DNA of 64,000 nucleotides from a virus (lineage: Duplodnaviria; Caudoviricetes). Positions 40,042 through 47,361 of this stretch are shown here, piece after piece. Numbering within the stretch: position 1 is the first letter of the stretch; every line of letters starts with the position of its first letter. The DNA is taken from positions 44,391 through 108,390 of IMG/VR virus record IMGVR_UViG_3300024521_000001; one strand, written 5' to 3'. A program made the position numbers and the translations under genes. Below the pieces are notes generated by a model. The model was not told the origin of the DNA, ran no database searches, and saw only the letters and a program-made list of their open reading frames with translations.

Positions 40042-40199
40042 AATGGCGGGAGAAAAGTTCGCCATGGTGTGGGTCACCACTTTCAGTATGGCGAAGCTGT
40101 CAAGCTGTCAGGGGAGTTATGCTACACTCTCGGTGTTCGTTTGAGTTTTTCTATCCTAGAGGCGGTAGTTGGTTGGTCCTGGCTACCGCCTCTTTTCCT

Positions 40200-40544
40200 T
40201 TATGGGCCAGTCCTGGGCCACTTCCATCCAAAGCCCCATCGAAACGGAGCCGGGATAACACCCATGCCGCCGATCTGCACACCCAGGAACATAAGCGGGG
40301 CCATCACCAGTCGAGGAACGGCCTTCGGGTAGTTTCGCCAGTTGCCTAAATCACGGAGTTTTAGAAGAGGGACCCTCTTCGTTTTGAATGTTCACCAAAA
40401 TAGAGCAGCGTCAGCCTTCACGCGCTGCCAGTATGTCCCGCCCATCCAGTAGGCCAGATCGTGCGCGTAACAGCATTGGCGCCAGTTCCCATCAAACCAC
40501 TTACTACAGCCATCGAAATGGAAGTCGTAGTCGGTTTTTATCAA
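40200..40544 (-). CDS. phospholipase A2-like protein with in-frame UGA (candidate selenoprotein)
   Basis: DGCS...CCYAHDLAY...RVKADAALFW[TGA 40392-40394]TFK...MFLGVQIGG...PFRWGFGW; the frame continues to TAA at 40200; SECIS-like hairpin at 40364-40380. Confidence 0.75.
40364..40380 (-). promoter_or_regulatory. bacterial SECIS-like hairpin
   Basis: GAAGAGG-GUC-CCUCUUC, 17 nt, starting exactly 11 nt after the UGA. Confidence 0.65.
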
Positions 40545-40909
40545 AGCAGAATGATCATCGTTGCAATACCCGCACCCCAACCGCCCAGGTCCCAGAGGGA
40601 CTTCTTCAGGGTGTAACGCGGGTCCTGCAAGGAGATGATCGCACGTTGCTCTAACTCCTGTTGACTTTCACTATTGTCGATGAGGTCTTGTAAGATCAGC
40701 CCTCTGATCTTAGCCAGCTTATTGGCATCGAAGATCTCCCGGCCGGCAATCACAGCCATCATGAAAGCTGTAGCCATGACTTTACCCAGGATGCCCGGAT
40801 CCGCATGGGACAGCGGCTCGGCCAGGAACCTCCAAACCATCATCCACACTCCGAAAGCTGAGAAGTAGTGGATTACGAATCGCTTGGCGATATGCTTTCT
40901 TTCAGACAT
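40541..40909 (-). CDS. membrane protein
   Basis: Three hydrophobic segments. Confidence 0.65.
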   Translation of the reverse strand: MSERKHIAKRFVIHYFSAFGVWMMVWRFLAEPLSHADPGILGKVMATAFMMAVIAGREIFDANKLAKIRGLILQDLIDNSESQQELEQRAIISLQDPRYTLKKSLWDLGGWGAGIATMIILL

Positions 40910-41065
40910 ATCAGAACCTCGACGGCTTTGTAGTCTTTAAGATTATCCAGGCTTTTGTTTATTGCTCTAAATTCTTGGAGAAGTAGGTGTCTGTGAGGAC
41001 CGAGATAACGGTAGCAGATCCGCCCAACAGGATCAACGATAGACCATGCCGTAACAGGAGGCACT

Positions 41066-41428
41066 TCACGCTCTATCATCTGGAGCCTCACCGTCATGGG
41101 CTTTTGCGCTTCTGAGGAAATAACCGATTTTATCGAGAATCGCGTCACCGCCCGTACAGGTGGGACACTTACACCTTTTCGATCCCGCGTCCGGATGAGA
41201 CTTCCGAAAGCGGTCAAAGGCTTCCCGATCCGATTCGCCTTCCCTCATGACGGGGATATGATGCTCGTCTTCGATGTGGTCGTAGAGATCGTTTTCAGTC
41301 TTGGGGAGATTCTTAATGTCTTCTGCTGTAAGACCCTTCAGGGCAATACAGTATTTGCAGGCAATAGGCATTTCATCGGAAAGCGGCTGTGGCGTGATGA
41401 AAGGGCTTCGGAGATTCGATATCGCCAT
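41066..41428 (-). CDS. Cys/His-rich hypothetical protein
   Basis: CKYC...H...HH...CKCPTC; the start is probably the internal MPIACKYC. Confidence 0.6.
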   Translation of the reverse strand: MAISNLRSPFITPQPLSDEMPIACKYCIALKGLTAEDIKNLPKTENDLYDHIEDEHHIPVMREGESDREAFDRFRKSHPDAGSKRCKCPTCTGGDAILDKIGYFLRSAKAHDGEAPDDRA

Positions 41429-41822
41429 CCAACTGCTTCAAGATCTGTTCTCGTACAGCGTCGGGATTCAATCCCAGGACCGCTGACCAAAAGTTGAAGC
41501 CCCACTCTTTGTCGTCCATCAACCAATGCAGGGCATCGTTTTTATAAAGAGTCGATTCGGTTTGCTTGTTCTTACACTTGTGGTGGTAGGGATTCTCTTT
41601 GGCATCCTTGAAGGCTTGCATCATCACACTGACAGCCAAGTGTCGTTCGCCCTGGCTGATATTGGATTCCTTCTTGACGGTTTTAACGTAGCGTCGTTTC
41701 TTCATTCTTTTGAAGATTTCATTGCCCACCGCACTATTCTCTGTCTCAAAGGATCTGTTACCCGCCATAGTCTTTCCAGTAGCCCCGGCTTCTTGTAGAT
41801 GAACGGCACTCGGATCGGCCAT
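41373..41822 (-). CDS. hypothetical phage protein
   Basis: ERHLAVSVMMQAFKDA...DALHWL...FNFWSAVLGLNPD. Confidence 0.6.
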   Translation of the reverse strand: MADPSAVHLQEAGATGKTMAGNRSFETENSAVGNEIFKRMKKRRYVKTVKKESNISQGERHLAVSVMMQAFKDAKENPYHHKCKNKQTESTLYKNDALHWLMDDKEWGFNFWSAVLGLNPDAVREQILKQLDGDIESPKPFHHATAAFR

Positions 41823-42023
41823 TGCCTACCATCTACCGCTTCCTTGCCGTGGACAATGTCTATTGGCTTAAAGGGTACATTATCGGCATGAAAGATCTGA
41901 CAGTTGGCGCAGTAGAGATTCTTCACATCTTCGATATACCAGCTGGTCCGTTCACAGACGAGGCACTTGATTCCGGTGAGTTCCCGGCCGGTGACGCTGT
42001 CAAGCTGTCGGACAATCGCGTAA

Positions 42024-42191
42024 CTAGCTCCCAAGGTAAGCGTCAATCGCCCTCCTGACAATCTCACCCTGGCTGACGTTTTTCTTTTTCGCTTCCTTCT
42101 CGAGTGTGGGCAACTGTCGAAGTTCTATGAAGTAGTTACGGCGCACCATCGTACGCCCTGGTTTGATCATGTGGACTGAGTCTTTGGTCAT
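42024..42191 (-). CDS. ribbon-helix-helix (CopG-like) regulator
   Basis: My translation: MTKDSVHMIKPGRTMVRRNYFIELRQLPTLEKEAKKKNVSQGEIVRRAIDAYLGS. Confidence 0.7.
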   Translation of the reverse strand: MTKDSVHMIKPGRTMVRRNYFIELRQLPTLEKEAKKKNVSQGEIVRRAIDAYLGS

Positions 42192-43228
42192 GCTGCTACC
42201 CGATGAACGATTGCCTGTTTCCAGAGTTTCGTTTCGTCACACTGACAGAGCATGTAGTGGATACCGACCTGATCTCCCTCGACCCAATAACCGCCAGCTG
42301 CATGAATACAGAGGCTCTCTTTCTGCTCGATCCATTTGCCCTGACGGTCCTGTTTCAGAAGTCCAATTCTCCGGTGCGCTCTGAGCCTAAAGCCTACCCC
42401 TGGCTTTTGGATGCTCGGCAAGTCCACATAGCCGTTCTTCTCGTAGTGATGGTAGAGGATATCGCCCAGGAGTTTCTTGAGGAGATTATTACCGCGGACT
42501 TCGGCAATGGCGCGGGGAGTCTCAAGGTTGGGTGGTTCGGGATGCCGTGGCTGGCCCTGGAGACCGCCTCCGAAGGGACGGTAGACGTTATCGTAATCGT
42601 TGATATTGTACCGTTGTGCCTGTAAAGCCCGATTGTCGAGAGCGTTCTGATAGTTGTCAGTATTGTACCGCTGTTGGGGCTGACCCTGAATCCGCGCTGC
42701 ATACCTCTGAGCGTCGAGTTGATCGTCGCCAAATAATTGCGCTCGCTGATTGTCGACTTGCTGATTCAGATGGTCGTTGATCCTGCCCTGGATATACTGC
42801 CCCGCTCCTCTCGCGCCTTGCTGAAAGCGGTAGTCCCACTCGGTAATCCGGAGGTTCTGGATCGCTGCGGTGGTGGTTCCATTGTTCCAGGTCGCAACCG
42901 AGTTGTCAGCCGTACCGCCAGCGTTATTGTCGAAGACAATGAGGCGATCCATGTTGTTCTGATCGTAATGAGTGCGGAGTGTTATGTCGCCGCCGAGCGC
43001 ACCTGACTGAATGGTGAGATTCGTTCCCGGCTCCAGGATGAGATTGTTGTTGGTCGCCGTCACCGCGAAATTCATGTGGTCGTCGAAGGAGATATTCGTC
43101 GGTGTTGTATCTGTAGCCGGGGTCTGAAGGCGGGCCATCCCGCCTACTGGTGGATCACCTGTTGCCACTCGACCTCCTCGACCGATAAAGCCAAAGATAT
43201 TCTCTAAAAGACTCTGCCAGAAACTCAT
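42188..43228 (-). CDS. hypothetical protein (Q/N-rich middle, LCIH...GD C-terminal domain)
   Basis: 346 aa; ATGA overlaps on both sides. Confidence 0.7.
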   Translation of the reverse strand: MSFWQSLLENIFGFIGRGGRVATGDPPVGGMARLQTPATDTTPTNISFDDHMNFAVTATNNNLILEPGTNLTIQSGALGGDITLRTHYDQNNMDRLIVFDNNAGGTADNSVATWNNGTTTAAIQNLRITEWDYRFQQGARGAGQYIQGRINDHLNQQVDNQRAQLFGDDQLDAQRYAARIQGQPQQRYNTDNYQNALDNRALQAQRYNINDYDNVYRPFGGGLQGQPRHPEPPNLETPRAIAEVRGNNLLKKLLGDILYHHYEKNGYVDLPSIQKPGVGFRLRAHRRIGLLKQDRQGKWIEQKESLCIHAAGGYWVEGDQVGIHYMLCQCDETKLWKQAIVHRVAA

Positions 43229-43482
43229 CCCCCAACGGTCTGAGGGATTCCCAGGATGCTCTCAATCTTCGGGTCGAACTTGCTGATTTTCTCGCCCTTC
43301 TTCCCGCCAAAGTTCATCTTGAAGAAGGCGTAGCCTTTCTTCTTCAGCTTGTCGAAGGTCAGCTGTGTTGCGGCCACTTCGTCTTTGTCGTCCGGATCCC
43401 ATTGCAGCTTAACGTCGCCTTCTTTAATGTCCATGAAAGCCAGTGTGTGTTTCGGTTTCTCAAGGGTTGCTGTCGGTGTCAT
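43225..43482 (-). CDS. hypothetical phage protein
   Basis: GDVKLQWDPDDKDEV...FDKLKKKGY; AAGGAG SD. Confidence 0.75.
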   Translation of the reverse strand: MTPTATLEKPKHTLAFMDIKEGDVKLQWDPDDKDEVAATQLTFDKLKKKGYAFFKMNFGGKKGEKISKFDPKIESILGIPQTVGG

Positions 43483-43600
43483 TGGTTCTCCTTTTGGGGG
43501 TTAAGTGGCCGCTTCGGGGTGTGTCGATGTAAACACTCGTTGGGCTTTCTGACTGGAGGAGAGAAGGTCACAACGAAATGAAGCGGCCACATTCATAATA

Positions 43601-44074
43601 CTATTTTCCGGTGAGTAGTTTCGGCATTTGCCCTGTTTCTCTCAGTTGGGTCAGTCCCGGGACCAGCTTTTCGCCCACGGTCACACCATCGGGTAGCATG
43701 ATGTGGGCCATGAACTCCTCTTGAAAGGTGCTGATCCCGGAATCTATTGCCTCCAGCTTTGCCTTGATCACCAGGGACAGGGCGCGCCACCGCTGCCGAC
43801 AGGCTTGCTCCCAACGCTTATGGGCGGTATCCGCTGCCAGGGGCTTCCGCTGCCAATCGTTTACATGGCTGCTCATGGTAAATTCTTCGCTCTTTCGATC
43901 AGGCATGGGAAGGTTAAAGGCGATCTTGAGGTTCTCGATGGTGAACTGCACCAGGGCCTTGTCGTCCTCAAGCCAGAACCCGAACCCACTGGCCCCATAT
44001 CGCTGAAGGGTCCGTTCGATTTCGTTTCGGGACTTCTCGCTTGAGACTTTGGTGTTGGAAGCATAACGGGCCAT
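43601..44074 (-). CDS. conserved phage protein
   Basis: YASNTKVS.EKSR.EIE...EQACRQRWRAL.LVIKAKLEA...FMAHIMLPDG, recalled as a widespread phage family. Confidence 0.8.
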   Translation of the reverse strand: MARYASNTKVSSEKSRNEIERTLQRYGASGFGFWLEDDKALVQFTIENLKIAFNLPMPDRKSEEFTMSSHVNDWQRKPLAADTAHKRWEQACRQRWRALSLVIKAKLEAIDSGISTFQEEFMAHIMLPDGVTVGEKLVPGLTQLRETGQMPKLLTGK

Positions 44075-44373
44075 TACAGGTCCAGGTGTCTCAATACAGT
44101 TTCGTTCTGCACAAGGATCACGCGCAGCTTTTGAACGACGGTGACCAACTGAACGGCCAGGGGGCTTTTACCGTGTACTTGTGTCGGCACAGGGGACAGT
44201 TCCTCTTTCTTTTCGATGGTAGGATTTCTCTCTCTGCTCACACCCTGGAGCCTCGTCTTGAAGGACTCAGATTGCTTCTCCAAGAGGTTGGCTGACTCAT
44301 CGAGTTCCTTTACGCAAGTCTCGATAGAACTGACTTCTACTGCTCCTGCTATGTCTGATTCACTCAATCCCAT
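44074..44373 (-). CDS. hypothetical coiled-coil protein
   Basis: Start MGLSES preceded by AAGGAG. Confidence 0.6.
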   Translation of the reverse strand: MGLSESDIAGAVEVSSIETCVKELDESANLLEKQSESFKTRLQGVSRERNPTIEKKEELSPVPTQVHGKSPLAVQLVTVVQKLRVILVQNETVLRHLDL

Positions 44374-44548
44374 ATCCACTCCTTTGAACGGTTTTGGCGT
44401 TATTCGGGGAGCCGCCGAACTCTCACCCCCGACGACTCCCCTACCTGTGAAGTCCCGGACACACGGCCTGCGTGAACAAGAACCGTGGACAGACTCCACC
44501 AGGGATACTAGCACAGACGGGTGTGTATGTCGTTAAAAGAATTTAAGA

Positions 44549-44625
44549 GGGGGATCATACGGGAATCGAACCCGTGTCACCTGATTGAGCGTCAGGTATC
44601 TTTGCCAGTTAGACCAGGACCCCCC
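44549..44625 (-). tRNA. degenerate tRNA-Glu(CUC)-like element
   Basis: D arm GTCT/AGAT, anticodon arm CCTGA-CGCTCAA-TCAGG, T arm ACGGG-TTCGATT-CCCGT; G at position 33, irregular acceptor junction, no CCA. Confidence 0.7.
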
Positions 44626-44633
44626 ATGAAAAT

Positions 44634-44701
44634 AGTTGTCAATAAACCGACTCGAAGTTGTCAATAAACCGACTTCAAGTTGTCAATTATAATTGACAGC
44701 T
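44634..44701. repeat. 22-bp-period direct repeats ending in a palindrome
   Basis: AGTTGTCAAT at 44634, 44656 and 44678; the first two extend to AGTTGTCAATAAACCGACT; the last forms TGTCAATTA-TAATTGACA. Confidence 0.85.
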
Positions 44702-45188
44702 AGGGCGTTGTTCTCAAACCACTGACAAACTTCCCAACGACCTCATCCACCTGGGGCCCATTCTCTCGAATGATGAAAGTGAGCGTAGTGGTTGTCCTCG
44801 GTTTACCCGGAACATCGGGTAGCGGTTCCAGCCAGATCAGCTCAAGTTCATCCGAGAACGCGCTTTCACCCCCGCTGCCATTCAAAGCTGTGATCCGATA
44901 GAAAGTGCTTTGCTCGAACACGACCGGACCTGGATCAGTCCAGGTGATGCAATCGGGTGTGCAGACGGTGAGCGGAGTATGAGGAACCGTCGCTACCTGG
45001 GTGAAGGCCACGCAGTTTGCTGGACTCGGATTCGGGTCCGTGCATGAGGTAGAGGAACTGTACGCTCCATACGTTACCGTCACCCCATCTGTATTCGCGT
45101 CCCAAAAGAGCGGTGCGGGGAAAGTGATTTGGTCCGCTTGCCCCAACGCTGGACAGATAAAGAAAAGCAGAAGGAATAGCTTTCTCAT
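44700..45188 (-). CDS. secreted fibronectin-III-like protein
   Basis: Signal peptide; LFWD...YGAY...FYRITALNGSGGESAFSDE. Confidence 0.75.
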   Translation of the reverse strand: MRKLFLLLFFICPALGQADQITFPAPLFWDANTDGVTVTYGAYSSSTSCTDPNPSPANCVAFTQVATVPHTPLTVCTPDCITWTDPGPVVFEQSTFYRITALNGSGGESAFSDELELIWLEPLPDVPGKPRTTTTLTFIIRENGPQVDEVVGKFVSGLRTTP

Positions 45189-45427
45189 ACGGTCCCTCCT
45201 GGGCCACCTGGACGAGTCTGCGTACCACCGGTGGTCGGTGTCGTCCGCTTCTCAATTTCCGACTTGATCACTTGAACCAGGCCCACAATGGCAGCACCAG
45301 CCGTACCGATGCCGAGCCAGAGCTCAGGGGATAGAAAGATCCCCGCAGCCGTGAGTATGGTTGCCAAACCCTGGTAAGTGCTTGGCTCCTTGAGCCTCGC
45401 TGCAATCCATTTCAGTAATCCTTCCAT
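45185..45427 (-). CDS. holin-like membrane protein
   Basis: RLKEPSTYQGL followed by two transmembrane segments. Confidence 0.7.
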   Translation of the reverse strand: MEGLLKWIAARLKEPSTYQGLATILTAAGIFLSPELWLGIGTAGAAIVGLVQVIKSEIEKRTTPTTGGTQTRPGGPGGTV

Positions 45428-45448
45428 GATTTACCTCCTTTTTGGTGG

Positions 45449-46468
45449 TTAATCTTTGTCTTCCTCTATTTTCCCTAGATCGTCAAGGTGTTTCTCGAAA
45501 TCTGCCGCCGCTTTCTCGATGTGCTTGTCTATTTTTTCCCTCATTCCTTCAAGGACTCCCAATTTCTCAAGGGGAACTGAGGTCCGCTGCTTCACCCAGA
45601 GGTTCGTCGCAAAAGTTCTGTCCCGGATCCGGACCAGGATCTTTTCGGAGACCTCCGCGATCTGTCCATTTAAATCCCCTCCAAGCAGCGTCAGGCACAA
45701 CCCCATGTTCGATGCAGCCCACTGTGCACACTCTGAGGGAAGCACGTCGGCCCTCATCCATTGGTGCAAGACGCAGATGGCCCGATCCTTGGCCTCCAGG
45801 TCCTGCGCCACGCCATCCAGGACCTTCAGGGATTCTTCCATGTGGGGAGTCTGGTCTTTGATCGCCTTGGCGGTCTTATCGGCCTTCTCTTTACCTCCTC
45901 CAGTGGCTCCGTGCCAGACCTGTTCGGCAATGTTCGTCACGATCTCCACATCTGTTTTATATTTGTCGTTGGCCGTGTAGCAGACCACGCCGGCCAGCAG
46001 CCAGGCCAAGAAATCAGTGGCCGAATCGTAATCTTCCTTGTAGAGCCGGTTGGTGATGAAGAACAGCTGGATTCCGTACCTCTCCGTCTTCCACTCCCGG
46101 TGCAGCGTCATGAACCTTTCCATGGATTCAATTCCCAACTGAAGCGACTTGGGCTCCGCGCACAGGATCACGCACCGGTCCCCTATCATTCGCTGAAGGA
46201 GGTCTTCCGCAATCGGACCCCCCCCGGCCGTACTCATGATCGAGGCCAGGGCCTTCGTGGATATGTCTTTTTTCGGAAGGGCGATCACTGGCGGTAGGCC
46301 TGTTACACGGTAGGACTTGGGCGGGTGAAGCATCAATTTGGATAATGCGCCTATGATCGCTGTGACAGGTAGGAAATCAATGATCAGAAGGAGCCAATGG
46401 TCCTTTGCATCCAGGAGCGCGAACATCTCATCCAGGTCGTCGCTTGGAAGGAGGTCTTTCAGGTTCAT
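45449..46468 (-). CDS. hypothetical protein
   Basis: 339 aa; no motif recognised. Confidence 0.7.
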   Translation of the reverse strand: MNLKDLLPSDDLDEMFALLDAKDHWLLLIIDFLPVTAIIGALSKLMLHPPKSYRVTGLPPVIALPKKDISTKALASIMSTAGGGPIAEDLLQRMIGDRCVILCAEPKSLQLGIESMERFMTLHREWKTERYGIQLFFITNRLYKEDYDSATDFLAWLLAGVVCYTANDKYKTDVEIVTNIAEQVWHGATGGGKEKADKTAKAIKDQTPHMEESLKVLDGVAQDLEAKDRAICVLHQWMRADVLPSECAQWAASNMGLCLTLLGGDLNGQIAEVSEKILVRIRDRTFATNLWVKQRTSVPLEKLGVLEGMREKIDKHIEKAAADFEKHLDDLGKIEEDKD

Positions 46469-46489
46469 GGTACAGGCGTCTGTACTGAA

Positions 46490-47112
46490 TTATACCTCGT
46501 CCTGACGATCGTCGAACCGATGGACGAGCGTATCAGACGAGATAGAGTCCTTGAGGTCCTTCGCCATTTCCTCCTCTGTGGTCACATAAAACACCACAAT
46601 ATGCTTCAAATCCGTGAGTTCTCCGTGTTTGATGCCCCCCCCTGGCGATATCATTTCGTCCAGGTCGATCTTGATGGGTTTGCCTTCCTTGAGCAGTTCG
46701 ACATTGCGCTCTGAGAGACCTATCCCAAGCATGTTACCGCTCTCGCTTTTCGCCAGGAACTTAATCATTTGGCCCTTCCTATCCCAGACTCCTCGGCCCA
46801 CTTCCTACCCATTTCAAAGATCTCCTCATCGGATGGTAAGTCTTCAGCCGATTCCACTTTACCGAATATGTAATGCTCGCAGTCAAACAGTTTGTGGACC
46901 CGGATCATGGCTTCCGTTCCGTAGTAGCCACAGTAGTACCCCAGGTTCCCTTTCTCGATGCGCTCCGCTTCCTCTCGGCTGTTGTCGAAATGCTTCATGC
47001 TTCTTTCGATGAGAGCTTCCAGATATTCCTTGGCCTTATCAGGATCGGTTATCTCCAGGGCAGGCTTGTAGCACTCTTCGGTTGTCATGTCTTTGGCTAA
47101 ATTCATTGTCAA
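46490..47112 (-). other. two small overlapping hypothetical genes (46490-46768 and 46765-47112)
   Basis: ATGA coupling; GIGLSERNVELLKEGKPI and NLGYYCGYY motifs. Confidence 0.65.
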
Positions 47113-47336
47113 CCTACCTCTTTCTTCGTCTGTTCAACCTCGATCTTGTCTATCGCGGTCTCGATCCAGCGCAGAGTGAGTTTGTTCGCTCGAGCGACTC
47201 TTTTGTTGGCATACCGGAAGAGAGTCGTGTGGGATGGGCCTTCCTCGCCGTTGACGCGGTGCATTTCCCGGCACATCCTCTCCCAACTCCATTTGGTCCT
47301 TTTCTGTAGTCTGAGTAGCCTTCTCGTGATTTTCAT
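47109..47336 (-). CDS. Cro-like HTH regulator
   Basis: WSWERMCREM...PSHTTLFRYANK. Confidence 0.65.
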   Translation of the reverse strand: MKITRRLLRLQKRTKWSWERMCREMHRVNGEEGPSHTTLFRYANKRVARANKLTLRWIETAIDKIEVEQTKKEVG

Positions 47337-47361
47337 TCCCTATCCCTCTCAGCTAAGCGGT

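Noticed and set aside
44549-44625. The tRNA-like element as tRNA-Sec or a UGA suppressor serving the two UGA genes
   Set aside because: UCA is off-centre in the 7-nt loop (the centred anticodon is CUC), there is no long variable arm or extended D stem, and the body looks Glu-like.
44634-44701. CRISPR array
   Set aside because: Units are nearly contiguous with 3-nt gaps, there are no unique spacers, and no cas genes are present.
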